A stretch of 64,000 nucleotides of DNA. Origin: an uncultured bacterium. Lineage in GTDB: Bacteria; Actinomycetota; Acidimicrobiia; Spongiisociales; UBA5794. The stretch covers positions 768,001 through 832,000 of the forward strand of contig CAWDDT010000004.1 of assembly GCA_963801165.1 (NCBI GenBank), read 5' to 3'. Positions 20,038-29,650 of the stretch are shown piece by piece. Under the pieces are notes generated by a model. That model did no database searches, had not been told where the DNA came from, and saw only the letters and a program-made list of their open reading frames with translations. Position numbers and translations under genes: made by a program. Within the stretch, counting starts at the first letter, position 1. Every line of letters begins with the position of its first letter.

Positions 20038-21012
20038 TCAAGTCCACTTGAGACCGCTGCGGGTCCGCCAATACTCCTCGGGATCCTCGGCCATCATCTT
20101 GTCGAGGCCGGAGAGGCGCGCCGGGTCGACATCGAGGGCCGCCAGATTGGACTCGAGCTGCTCGATGGTGGCCGCGCCGCTGAGTACCGTGTCCACCCAT
20201 GGTTGCGCCAGGATGGCGGCCACCGCGATTGTGTCGGGGTTGTCGTGTGGGAACTCCGCACGGAGGGGGGCAGTCGTCTGCAGGTCTCGCTCAGTCAGCC
20301 GGCCGTTGGCGACGGACTCCTTGATGATCGTCCCCATTCCCTCGTCGTGGGCTTCGGCGAGGGCGTCGCCTGCTGAGGGCTCCAGGAGGTTCCACGTTGC
20401 CTGCACCGTGGCGAACAACGGCACGCCGTCTCTCTCGATCCTCATGGCCCTGCGGATCGCACCTGCCTGGTCGGGACCGCTCGTGCTCAGCCCGATGGTC
20501 AGCCCGTCGGCGCGCAGTTCGGCTAGGCGATCGAGGACCGCCTGGTCATCGAGTACCCCTGTGTCGAGCGTTGCCGAGTGGATCTGGTAGATGTTCAGGT
20601 GGCGACCGAGTCGGGATCGGGTCTCCTCGTACTGGGTATTGAGCATCGCCAGGCTGTGGTCCTTTATCTCGTGCACCGGGGCATCAACTCGCCAGTCCGC
20701 AACGTATTTGTAGCCCCATTTGGATGAGATCGTGATTGCCGGGTCGATGATCCTCGCCTCGTACAGCCAGCGGCCGAGAAACTCCTCACCGCCACCGTAC
20801 GACCGGGCTGCGTCGAAGTGGCGCACACCCAGGTCGAACGCCGCGGTGAGCACATCGTGGGCGTGCTCTTCCAGGGCCCGTACCTCGGTGCGGCCGGTTA
20901 GGTCCCCGCGGTGGCCTAGATTGATGTAGCCGGGTCGGCCGAGCGCGGCAAGGCCCAACCCGATTCGGGTCACCTTGTGCGCAGTTGCGCCCAGCTGAAC
21001 CTTCTCAATCAT
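20038..21012 (-). CDS. aldo/keto reductase
   Basis: 'IGLGLAALGRPGYINLG', 'FDAARSYG', 'SKWG', 'YQIHS', 'VLSGAATIEQLESN'. Confidence 0.92.
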   Translation of the reverse strand: MIEKVQLGATAHKVTRIGLGLAALGRPGYINLGHRGDLTGRTEVRALEEHAHDVLTAAFDLGVRHFDAARSYGGGEEFLGRWLYEARIIDPAITISSKWGYKYVADWRVDAPVHEIKDHSLAMLNTQYEETRSRLGRHLNIYQIHSATLDTGVLDDQAVLDRLAELRADGLTIGLSTSGPDQAGAIRRAMRIERDGVPLFATVQATWNLLEPSAGDALAEAHDEGMGTIIKESVANGRLTERDLQTTAPLRAEFPHDNPDTIAVAAILAQPWVDTVLSGAATIEQLESNLAALDVDPARLSGLDKMMAEDPEEYWRTRSGLKWT

Positions 21013-21216
21013 GGAACATCACTGGCTGTCGACGGCGATCTGGTTGGGCCCAGCCGACGCCCCGGTCCCGCTCGTCGGCGTGGTCCCGGTTGCGTTCGGC
21101 GGGACCAGGCCTCTCGGGCTGATTCGACTGCAAGCTACCATCTCAGCAACCTCGCCGGGAAGCTCGGTGATCTGTAGGGGGGTGCAAGTTATCCAGTTGT
21201 CGGCTAGTGAGGTCGT

Positions 21217-22383
21217 GTGAGAATCCTGATGGTGCACAACCGCTATCAGGTGGCTGGTGGCGAAGATGCGTCAACCGACGCCCATGTAGCGCTGTTGCGA
21301 GACAGCGGTCACGATGTGGTGGTCGTGACGGACACAAACGAGCGGATCGCCGAGCTGGGCATCGCGCGGACCGCTGCCCGGACGATCTGGTCGCCTGAGG
21401 CAAAACGGCGGGTGTCGGGCTCTCTCCGGGACGGCGGCTTCGATGTAATGCACGTCCAGAACCTTTTCCCGCTGTTCTCCCCGTCGATCTATTACGCGGC
21501 GAGTGAATGCGGAGTCCCGGTTGTCCAGTCGCTGCGCAACTTCAGGGCACTCTGCCCCGAGGGCATGCTCTACAGGGATGGCAGGGTTTGCACAGATTGC
21601 GTCGGCAAGCGTCTCGCCTGGCCCGGGGTGATACATGGCTGTTATCGAGGCAGCGTTCCCGGTACGGCGGTCGTGGCCATGATGGCGACCGGGCACGACG
21701 TTGTCGGGACCTGGCGCAAGCACGTCGCCCGCTACGTCACGCCATCGGCCCACACCCGGGACATCTACATCGAGGGCGGGTGGGCGCCGGAGAGCATCGA
21801 CATCATCCCGAATCATGTATACCCGGATCCCGGGCCGGGTGACGGCGACCGTGGCTACGCCATCTATGCGGGTCGACTGGCACCACCCAAGGGTCTCGAG
21901 ACCCTGATCGCAGCATGGGACGTAGGTGGCCTCGACATTCCACTCAAGATCGCAGGCGAGGGCCCGCTCAAGCACGTTGTCGTGCAGGCTGCGGCAACCA
22001 ACCCGAACATCGAGTTCCTCGGGGAGGTCACGCCCGAAGAGACATCCGCTCTCGTCGGCGACGCGATGTTTTCCATCGTGCCGACGGTCGGCATTGAGAC
22101 TTTCGGCCGGGTTGCCGCCGAGTCGCTCGCCAAAGGAACTCCTGTCATCGCGACCGCTCACGGTGGTCTGGCCGAGATCGTGGCCAACGGCGAGACCGGC
22201 ATTCTGTTTCCGCCCGGCGATGTGTCGGCACTGGTTTCCGCTGTCAAGACGCTCGCCGCCGACCCGGAACGGCTGCGTGCGATGCGCACGGCCGCCCGCC
22301 AGGACTTCCTCCGGCGATATGCAGGCAGCCGGGTGTTGGCCAGGTGGGTAGATCTGTATCGCGAGGTCGGGGGCAAGCGATAG
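21217..22383 (+). CDS. glycosyltransferase family 4
   Basis: 'MRILMVHNRYQ..GGED', 'GRL...KG', 'ETFGRVAAESLAKGTPVI'. Confidence 0.92.
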   Translation: MRILMVHNRYQVAGGEDASTDAHVALLRDSGHDVVVVTDTNERIAELGIARTAARTIWSPEAKRRVSGSLRDGGFDVMHVQNLFPLFSPSIYYAASECGVPVVQSLRNFRALCPEGMLYRDGRVCTDCVGKRLAWPGVIHGCYRGSVPGTAVVAMMATGHDVVGTWRKHVARYVTPSAHTRDIYIEGGWAPESIDIIPNHVYPDPGPGDGDRGYAIYAGRLAPPKGLETLIAAWDVGGLDIPLKIAGEGPLKHVVVQAAATNPNIEFLGEVTPEETSALVGDAMFSIVPTVGIETFGRVAAESLAKGTPVIATAHGGLAEIVANGETGILFPPGDVSALVSAVKTLAADPERLRAMRTAARQDFLRRYAGSRVLARWVDLYREVGGKR

Positions 22384-22442
22384 GCTCTCTGTTCGACACC
22401 CGGCTGAGGCGCCGGGTGGCTGCAACGACCGGGGAGAACCGC

Positions 22443-23945
22443 TTGCTGTTGCGCGAACTGGTGTCGGTCTCGAATCGTGTCGCGGCCGTGTCGGCGCGAA
22501 CCGAGAAGATACGCATCCTGGGCGAGGCCGTAGCGTTGCTCGAGCCGGCCGAGCTTGCCATCGGGGTTGGCTATCTCGCCGGGGTCGTTCCGCAAGGCTC
22601 GTTCGGTGTTGGCTACGCGTCGTTGCGAAGCCTCCCTGAGCCGAGCACGGCCCCGTCCCTAACACTCGGGTTGGTCGACGCCTCGTTCACAAATATCGCC
22701 GCCTCCACCGGGCCCGGTTCCGCAACGAAACGCCGGCAAGAGATCGACCGGCTGTTTGCTCTTGCGACATCAGACGAGCAGGAGTTTCTCCTGGCCCTTC
22801 TCGTCGAGGGTCTCCGGCAAGGAGCCAACGAGAGCCTGATGATGGATGCCGTTGCCAGAGCGACCGGGATCCCGACCCGCATCGTGCGCCGGGCCGTCAT
22901 GTTCTCCGGCGATCTGGGCGAGGTGGCGGTCGCCGCCAGGGAAAAGGGCAGGAACGCGGTGGAGGGGTTCGGGCTGCGGTTGTTCCGCCCGATACAGCCG
23001 ATGCTGGCCAAGACCGCCGCCAGCGTCGCATCCGCCCTGGACAAGACGGGGAATGCTGCTGTAGACCGGAAGCTCGACGGTGCCCGCATCCAGGTCCATC
23101 TCTCGAGAGGAGAGACCAGGGTGTACACGAGGAACCTCAACGATGTCACCGACCGGGTCCCCGAGATTGTTGCCGCCGCCCGAGCGCTGCATGCCGGGTC
23201 CGCCGTCCTCGACGGTGAGGCGATTGCCCTGCGCACGGATGGGAGCCCCGCTCCGTTTCAGGTGACGATGGCACGCTTTGGCAGCGAGGCCGAGGCTCAT
23301 CCGGTGTCGTTGACGCCGTTCTTTTTCGACGTGCTGCACCACGACGGTACCGATGTGCTCGACCTCGACCTGTCGGCCCGGCTGGAGCTCCTTGGTGACA
23401 TCGTCCCCGACGAGTTTCGCGTCCCCCGGGTGGTCACCAGCGATCCCGACACGGCGCAGCGATTCTTCGATGAGACCATCGCCGCCGGGCATGAAGGCGT
23501 AATGGTCAAGTCGCTGGAGACACCGTACCAAGCGGGGCGACGGGGGAGCGGCTGGCTGAAGGTGAAGCCGGTGCGCACCCTCGATCTCGCGGTGCTCGCC
23601 GTGGAATGGGGGTCGGGGCGGCGCAAGGGATGGCTGAGCAACATCCACCTCGGTGCGAGGTCTGACGACGGTTTCGTCATGGTGGGCAAGACGTTCAAGG
23701 GCATGACAGACGCCATCCTCGAGTGGCAGACCAAGCGCTTCCTCGAGCTCGAGACCCGTCGTGACGGTCATGTTGTCTACGTCCGACCCGAGCAGGTGGT
23801 CGAGGTCGCCCTCGACGGAGTACAGCGCAGCAGCCGATATCCCGGGGGAGTGGCGCTGCGGTTCGCCCGGGTGCGCGGGTATCGCGAGGACAAGACACCT
23901 GATCAAACGGACACGATCGAGACGGTACAGGCAATGCTGACCTGA
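22443..23945 (+). CDS. ligB: ATP-dependent DNA ligase (LigB type)
   Basis: PMLA, KLDGARIQVH (adenylated Lys), EGVMVK, WLKVK, ALRFAR; TTG 22443 after GGGGAG. Confidence 0.9.
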   Translation: MLLRELVSVSNRVAAVSARTEKIRILGEAVALLEPAELAIGVGYLAGVVPQGSFGVGYASLRSLPEPSTAPSLTLGLVDASFTNIAASTGPGSATKRRQEIDRLFALATSDEQEFLLALLVEGLRQGANESLMMDAVARATGIPTRIVRRAVMFSGDLGEVAVAAREKGRNAVEGFGLRLFRPIQPMLAKTAASVASALDKTGNAAVDRKLDGARIQVHLSRGETRVYTRNLNDVTDRVPEIVAAARALHAGSAVLDGEAIALRTDGSPAPFQVTMARFGSEAEAHPVSLTPFFFDVLHHDGTDVLDLDLSARLELLGDIVPDEFRVPRVVTSDPDTAQRFFDETIAAGHEGVMVKSLETPYQAGRRGSGWLKVKPVRTLDLAVLAVEWGSGRRKGWLSNIHLGARSDDGFVMVGKTFKGMTDAILEWQTKRFLELETRRDGHVVYVRPEQVVEVALDGVQRSSRYPGGVALRFARVRGYREDKTPDQTDTIETVQAMLT

Positions 23946-24024
23946 ACCCGGCCTGCGGACCGGGGCATAGCCGGTACGCGGCGACGACGGGTTACGCTGT
24001 CACTTCCAGGCCGTTAGGGAAGCA

Positions 24025-25749
24025 ATGAGACGTGTGATGATGGTCGTCATGGCCTTGTTGTCCGCATTGGTCGTCGCGCCGGCCGCCATTGCATCTGGCG
24101 GTACTTTCGGCGATGACGATGGCTCGGTCCATGAGGTGAATATCGAGGCGTTGTTTGCCGCCGGTATCACCAAGGGTTGCGGGCCGGGCCTCTACTGCCC
24201 CGACGATCCGGTCACCCGGGGACAGATGGCGGCGTTCCTCCATCGGTCGGGCGAGATCGACCTGCCGGTCACCGCCTCCCCTTCGTTCGTGGACGTCGAC
24301 GGTCACCTGTTCGAGAATGACATTGTGTGGCTGGCCGAGCGGGGTATCACCAGGGGCTGCAATCCGCCTGCAAACGATCGCTTCTGCCCGGACGATCCGG
24401 TGACCCGGGGCCAGATGGCGGCATTCCTCGTGCGGGCGCTCCACCTGGGGGCTGCCACCGATCCGGATCCGTTCATTGACGACGACGGTTCGGTCTTTGC
24501 CGACGACATCGCCCGGCTGGCCGGCGCCGGCATCACCAAGGGCTGCAATCCGCCTGCAAACGATCGCTTCTGTCCGGACGATGTGGTGACCCGGGGCCAG
24601 ATGGCGAGCTTTCTGGTGCGGGCGCTCGGCCTGGCGGTCCCGCCGACCGCCCGCCCACTAGTCCAGGCCGACGACATCACCTACCTGGGCGCATTCGCTC
24701 TGCCGAGCGGCACCTACGGCGCCTCTCGGTTCGGGTACGGAGGCGGCGCACTTTCGGTGCTCGACGGCACACTGTTCGTCGGGGGACACGCCTGGGACCC
24801 GGGCACCCTGGCCCAGGTGTCGATTCCGGCAACGCTGGGGAGCGGAGAGTGGTCGACATTGCCGGTGGCGACTGTGCTGCAGCCCTTCGCCGATGTCACC
24901 GACGGCGCTTTTGAATCGGGATGGACCTTGTATGGGACGATGCCGTGGAACGACCGGCTGATCGTTGCAGCCTCCATCTACTACGACGCCGCCGGCACCC
25001 AGACCACTTCGCACGGCGCGTCCAGTTTCGATCTATCCGATTCCGGGGACTTCACCGGGTTGGAAGCGATCGATGCCGTGGCGCCGCCGCGTTCCCAGGG
25101 CGGGTACATGACACCGATTCCGGTGGAATGGCAGTCGCTGCTGGGCGGTCCGGCGCTCACCGGGCAATGCTGCATCCCGATCATCTCGGCAACTTCGTCT
25201 GGCCCTGCCGCCACCGTTTTCGACCCCGACGACATCGGTGCCGACCCGTCCGGCACCACGCTTCTGTGGTACCCGCTCGAGCACGAGATCACCGACGGGA
25301 CCTCACAGAACGACACGTTCAACCTGGCCACGTCGGTGGTGGGCGCGGCGTTCCCCCCGGGATCGCGCAGCGTGCTGTTCTTCGGCCGGCAGGGCACCGG
25401 CCCCTACTGCTACGGCATCGGCACCGATGACCCCGGCCTGCACGGCGAGCCTACCGGCGAGGGCACGATCTATTGCTATGACCCCGTCGACTCGAGCAAG
25501 GGCACCCACGCCTATCCGTACCGCCACCAGGTGTGGGCGTACGACGCCGCCGATCTGCTTGCGGTGATCGACGGGGACCTCGAGCCGTGGGAACCCCGCC
25601 CTTATGCGGTCTGGGAGTTGGAGGGTATCGCCGATGACGGCTCCGCCACCGCGGTCGGTGCCGGCTACGACCCGGCGACCGGCCGTCTCTACTTCACCGA
25701 GGCATACGGCGAGCAGCCGCAGGTCCACGTGTTCCAGATCGCACCATAG
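24025..25749 (+). CDS. secreted protein: 3 SLH-like repeats + uncharacterised beta-rich domain
   Basis: signal peptide; SLH triad; C-terminal 'YLGAFALP..', 'GQCCIPIIS', 'YDPATGRLY'. Confidence 0.75.
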   Translation: MRRVMMVVMALLSALVVAPAAIASGGTFGDDDGSVHEVNIEALFAAGITKGCGPGLYCPDDPVTRGQMAAFLHRSGEIDLPVTASPSFVDVDGHLFENDIVWLAERGITRGCNPPANDRFCPDDPVTRGQMAAFLVRALHLGAATDPDPFIDDDGSVFADDIARLAGAGITKGCNPPANDRFCPDDVVTRGQMASFLVRALGLAVPPTARPLVQADDITYLGAFALPSGTYGASRFGYGGGALSVLDGTLFVGGHAWDPGTLAQVSIPATLGSGEWSTLPVATVLQPFADVTDGAFESGWTLYGTMPWNDRLIVAASIYYDAAGTQTTSHGASSFDLSDSGDFTGLEAIDAVAPPRSQGGYMTPIPVEWQSLLGGPALTGQCCIPIISATSSGPAATVFDPDDIGADPSGTTLLWYPLEHEITDGTSQNDTFNLATSVVGAAFPPGSRSVLFFGRQGTGPYCYGIGTDDPGLHGEPTGEGTIYCYDPVDSSKGTHAYPYRHQVWAYDAADLLAVIDGDLEPWEPRPYAVWELEGIADDGSATAVGAGYDPATGRLYFTEAYGEQPQVHVFQIAP

Positions 25750-25885
25750 GAGTAGCCCGGGCCGGGCCGGTCGCTGCAGCAGGTGGGACGCGTCGAGCAG
25801 TTGTGGGGTTGGTTTTCGCTCGGGCCAGAGCAGTTCACAGAATCGTAAGCCGGTCTGGCCGGATCGCACCGGTAGCGTCCGGACC

Positions 25886-27265
25886 ATGCCGCGCCGACTC
25901 GTCATCCTGCTGATCCTCTTGGTTGCGGCGTGCTCATCACCCGGAGCCATCGAGCCGACGAGTACGACCTCGCCTGCCGGCTCGCGGGTCGACAGCGACG
26001 GGAACCCGATTCCGCCCGCCCCTACCAATCTCGCAACCGGTCCGCTCTCCGCCGACGCCTCGCGGGCGCTCGATGCGGCATGGGCGGGCTTGGGGACCGC
26101 CATGGACCCGGCCGCCGTCGCCGCTCTGGGTGGCGTGGGAGATGTGCGTGTCGGTTGGCTGCTCAGCGACCTGCTCCGCTTCTTCACCGGCGACGAAGTC
26201 GGCGACGCGGCTCTGGCGGCGTTTGCGCAGCTAACCGGTACAGATGTCGTTGGGCTCGACCCGTCTCTTCAGTGGCGCACGGTCAGCGACTACCTGATCG
26301 CCTGGGACCTACCGGCACCACCCGGGTACGCCGGATACAAGGGAAGGCTATTCACTCTGGTCGAGCCGGGATGGCAGCCGTTCTTCGACGATTCCGATGC
26401 GGACATCGACTGGAGACTCATCAGCTGGGGCGGCGTGTTCATCGACGACCGTCCCCTCGATACGCTCGAAGGGTGTCCCGCCGGCTGTATCCCGGCGCTC
26501 GATGATCCTCCCATGGTCACCGGCGAGGCGGCAGGCTGGTACCCGGATGACGGGATCGTCTTCGGGGTCACCATCAACGGTGAGTCGCGTGCTTACCCGA
26601 AGAACATCATGGAAGTCCATGAGATGGTCAACGACACGATCGGGGGCCGGCGGATCGGCATGCCCTACTGCACGCTGTGTGGGTCCGCACAGGCGTTCTA
26701 CACCGACATTGGCACCGGTGACCCGCTCGTGTTGCGGACCTCGGGGCTGCTGTCCCGATCCAACAAGGTGATGTACGACCTCGCCACCAGGTCGATGTTC
26801 GACACCTTTCTCGGTGTGGCCCTCTCGGGGCCGCTCCAGGGGATCCACCTGGACCAGACCTCGGTAGTCACAACGACGTGGGGACAGTGGCGCGCCGAGC
26901 ACCCTGACAGCGCCATTGTCGCTGAGGATGGGGGAAGGGGCATTGCCTACGCCGCCGACCCGTTGCACGGCCGTGACGACGAAGGGCCCATCTTTCCGGT
27001 TGGCGACGTCGACTCCAGGCTCCCGGTACAGGAACAGGTCCTCGGTGTCATTGGGCCCGACGGCGCCGCCAATGCCTTCCCGGTCGAGCCGGCGCGGGCC
27101 CTGCTGGAGGCGGGCGGCATGGTGGCGATGAACGGTGTCGAACTGACGCTCGACGGCGGTGGTCTGCGAGCTCACGACTCATCTGGCAACGAGCTGCCAG
27201 CACACCAAGCGTTCTGGTTCGCCTGGAGCCAGTTCTGGCCCCAGACCGAGCTGTGGGAGGAATAG
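25886..27265 (+). CDS. DUF3179 domain lipoprotein
   Basis: lipobox VAAC; 'IPALDDP', 'RAYP..IMEVHEMVND', 'YCTLCGS', 'TSGLL..SNKVMYD', 'FWFAW'. Confidence 0.88.
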   Translation: MPRRLVILLILLVAACSSPGAIEPTSTTSPAGSRVDSDGNPIPPAPTNLATGPLSADASRALDAAWAGLGTAMDPAAVAALGGVGDVRVGWLLSDLLRFFTGDEVGDAALAAFAQLTGTDVVGLDPSLQWRTVSDYLIAWDLPAPPGYAGYKGRLFTLVEPGWQPFFDDSDADIDWRLISWGGVFIDDRPLDTLEGCPAGCIPALDDPPMVTGEAAGWYPDDGIVFGVTINGESRAYPKNIMEVHEMVNDTIGGRRIGMPYCTLCGSAQAFYTDIGTGDPLVLRTSGLLSRSNKVMYDLATRSMFDTFLGVALSGPLQGIHLDQTSVVTTTWGQWRAEHPDSAIVAEDGGRGIAYAADPLHGRDDEGPIFPVGDVDSRLPVQEQVLGVIGPDGAANAFPVEPARALLEAGGMVAMNGVELTLDGGGLRAHDSSGNELPAHQAFWFAWSQFWPQTELWEE

Positions 27266-27373
27266 GCCCGACTGATCAGGAACCCTGGCCGTATTCGACG
27301 CCGTGGCTAGATCCGACTCGCAGCAGGACTCGGATGCCGCTTTCGCTGAGTGGATGGTGGTGCCGTTGCATCG

Positions 27374-28270
27374 TCACTGGCCACCTCTTCCCCCGTCGAG
27401 GAACGAGACGATCCGGGTGCGTAGCCCGGCGATGTCGAGGCCATAGCTCGCGTCGTGTTGGTGCCGGGTGCCGTAACGGCGAGTCTCGATCTTGGGCACA
27501 CCGATCGACAGCAACCTGCTTGGCCGGGAGCTGAGTGCAGCCGATACTTCGGCTGCCGACGTCCCCACCAGGTACGGCTCAACAAGCACCACGTCTGTTC
27601 CGGTGGCGGCGGCCGCAAGTCCCAGCCGGTCGAATGGCCGCACCGTGTTGGCGTAGAGGAGAGTCACGTTGAGATCGGCCGTTGCCGCCGCCACCCGATC
27701 GAGCATCGGCCCTACGGCGATGACCGTGGCGCCGGGGGCCGAGCTCGTTCGGATTGTGACCAGGCCCTCGCCGACCCGATGTGGGGCGGAGTTGCTGTCC
27801 TCAGTCAGTCTGATGTAGACGCGGTCACCACCGGCGGCCGCCGACCGCAGCAGGCCTTCGGCTTCGTCGGGATGCCCCGGCACATGGATGGTCCAGCCGG
27901 GAAGGGTGCTCAGCAAGGAGACATCTCCGGGTGACTGGTGCGTCCGCCCCTCCACGGCCGCGTCGTATGACGCCCCGATCGACACCAGGATGGCGCTGAG
28001 ATCCTGATGGCCGAAGTCGAGCTTGATCTGCTCGAACGGCCGCTCGATGAGGAACGGTGCGTAGCTGTGCGCGATCGGGCGTAGACCCGACAGGGCGAGG
28101 CCGGCGGTGACGCCGATCATGGCCTGCTCCCTGATCCCTACGTTGTGGACGCGCGGTGCGCCGGCAAAGCTGCTTGCGCCAATATCGGCGAGCACCAGCG
28201 TTGTTCTCGGATCACTCTCCAGGAGATCGATCGTCGTTGCGGTGAACTTGTCGCGCATCGACGGCATCAC
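27374..28270 (-). CDS. transketolase-like protein, pyrimidine-binding/C-terminal subunit
   Basis: 'NVGIREQAMIG...GLA', 'RPFEQIKLD', 'GRTHQSPGD', 'YIRL'. Confidence 0.9.
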   Translation of the reverse strand: MMPSMRDKFTATTIDLLESDPRTTLVLADIGASSFAGAPRVHNVGIREQAMIGVTAGLALSGLRPIAHSYAPFLIERPFEQIKLDFGHQDLSAILVSIGASYDAAVEGRTHQSPGDVSLLSTLPGWTIHVPGHPDEAEGLLRSAAAGGDRVYIRLTEDSNSAPHRVGEGLVTIRTSSAPGATVIAVGPMLDRVAAATADLNVTLLYANTVRPFDRLGLAAAATGTDVVLVEPYLVGTSAAEVSAALSSRPSRLLSIGVPKIETRRYGTRHQHDASYGLDIAGLRTRIVSFLDGGRGGQ

Positions 28271-28965
28271 CGCCGCCTTTCGACGAGTGCGACCACGGCC
28301 AGTGGGCGGCCCGTATGCGGAGTGGCAAAACCGGCGGCGATCGCGTCATGGTCGCGTCCGTTTACCCTGGTCGTCGCCCAGTCCTCGACGGCGAAGCGCT
28401 CCTGAATCCCTCCTGGCCAACCCTGAGTAGCCGAGACGTTGTCGATCACGGCAACCGTCAGCGAGTCGAGACCGTAGCGGGCTGCGATGGCAATCGCCTC
28501 GTGGTTCGATCCCTCGTCGAGCTCTCCGTCTCCGATGAGAACCACCACCCGGGCGGGATTTGCCTGCGCCCGCAGACCAAGTGCCAGACCGACCCCGATC
28601 GGGAGCCCGTGACCGAGCGATCCCGAGCCGATCTCGACACCCGGAATGAGGGTCGCGTCCGGGTGGTGTCCGAGGATCGAGTCGTGGCCGGCGAAGCCGC
28701 GGAGCACCTCAGGGGAGATGAAGCCACGCGCCGCCAGCACGGCGTAGTACGCCATCGGCCCGTGGCCCTTCGACAGAAGAAAGCGATCGCGGGTTGGGTC
28801 GTCGACACGATCGGGCCCGACGTCGAGCACACGGTCGTACAGTGTCCAGATGACGTCGAGGGTCGACGTGGCCGCGACGCTGTGCTTCTCGTCTCCGGTC
28901 ATCAGCGACATCAGCCGGGGGATGTCGTCGTATCCGAGCGATGTGATGGTCTGGGTCGATATCAT
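28267..28965 (-). CDS. transketolase-like protein, ThDP-binding N-terminal subunit
   Basis: 'RDRFLLSKGHG', 'LGHHP', 'GSLGHG', 'GDGELDEGSNHEA...IDN'; ATG 28965 is leaderless. Confidence 0.9.
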   Translation of the reverse strand: MISTQTITSLGYDDIPRLMSLMTGDEKHSVAATSTLDVIWTLYDRVLDVGPDRVDDPTRDRFLLSKGHGPMAYYAVLAARGFISPEVLRGFAGHDSILGHHPDATLIPGVEIGSGSLGHGLPIGVGLALGLRAQANPARVVVLIGDGELDEGSNHEAIAIAARYGLDSLTVAVIDNVSATQGWPGGIQERFAVEDWATTRVNGRDHDAIAAGFATPHTGRPLAVVALVERRR

Positions 28966-28971
28966 AGCCGC

Positions 28972-29002
28972 AAGATACAATTTCAAGTTCACTTGAAGTC
29001 AA
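28972..29002 (-). promoter_or_regulatory. SoxR-activated MerR-type promoter with Sox box
   Basis: TTGACT - 19 nt (TCAAGTGAACTTGAAATTG) - TATCTT; dyad TTCAAGTTCACTTGAA matches the SoxR consensus CCTCAAGTTAACTTGAGG. Confidence 0.9.
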
Positions 29003-29019
29003 GTGCTATCTTGGTGTCG

Positions 29020-29478
29020 ATGGACTACACAGATTTGCTCACGATCGGAGAAACCGCACGGCGGGCCGGTCTGGCGACGTCGGCACTGCGGTTCTACGAG
29101 GATGAAGGGCTCATAGAGTCGGAACGAACCTCGGGTAACCAGCGCAGGTACCGGCGCTCCGAGCTGCGCCGTATCGCAGTCATCCGCGCTGCCCAGACGT
29201 TCGGTCTGTCACTGGCCGAGATCAGGGAGGCTCTAGAGACGCTCCCCGACGGCCGCATCCCCACGCGAGCCGATTGGGAGCGCCTGTCCGCCTCCTGGCG
29301 GGGTCTGATTGACGACCGGATCGCAGCCCTCGAGCGACTCCGCGACGAGGTCAGCTCATGCATCGGGTGCGGCTGTCTGTCGCTGGAAACCTGTGCGCTC
29401 TACAACGATGGGGATCGGGCGGCCCGCTACGGAGCCGGCGCTCGCTACCTGTTCGGGGACGATCGCGGTAAGCGCTAG
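29020..29478 (+). CDS. soxR: redox-sensitive transcriptional activator SoxR
   Basis: MerR HTH 'LTIGETARRAGLATSALRFYE', 'RTSGNQRRY'; 2Fe-2S motif CIGCGCLSLETC. Confidence 0.96.
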   Translation: MDYTDLLTIGETARRAGLATSALRFYEDEGLIESERTSGNQRRYRRSELRRIAVIRAAQTFGLSLAEIREALETLPDGRIPTRADWERLSASWRGLIDDRIAALERLRDEVSSCIGCGCLSLETCALYNDGDRAARYGAGARYLFGDDRGKR

Positions 29479-29650
29479 CGCGCATACGTCGCCAACTCGA
29501 CGGCAGCTGGGGATTTCCCCGAGCCGACCCCAGGGGTCCTTCAGGGTCCAGGCAGGGTAATGCCCAATAGCTCCTCGACGCCGCTTCCCGCACTCTGCGG
29601 GGAAGAGACGGAAGCTCCCGGACGTGTCCGGGTCTGAAGAGGAGAGAATC

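Noticed and set aside
25886-27265. Selenoprotein in the DUF3179 gene
   Set aside because: No in-frame TGA; the CxxC uses ordinary Cys codons.
28315-29019. 387-aa ORF as an N-terminally extended SoxR
   Set aside because: The extension is antisense to the transketolase subunit; the real start is the leaderless ATG at 29020.
29505-29570. GGGGATTTCCCC / GGGTAATGCCC dyads upstream of the MMPL gene as response-regulator sites
   Set aside because: Plausible but short, with no cognate regulator visible; too weak to call.
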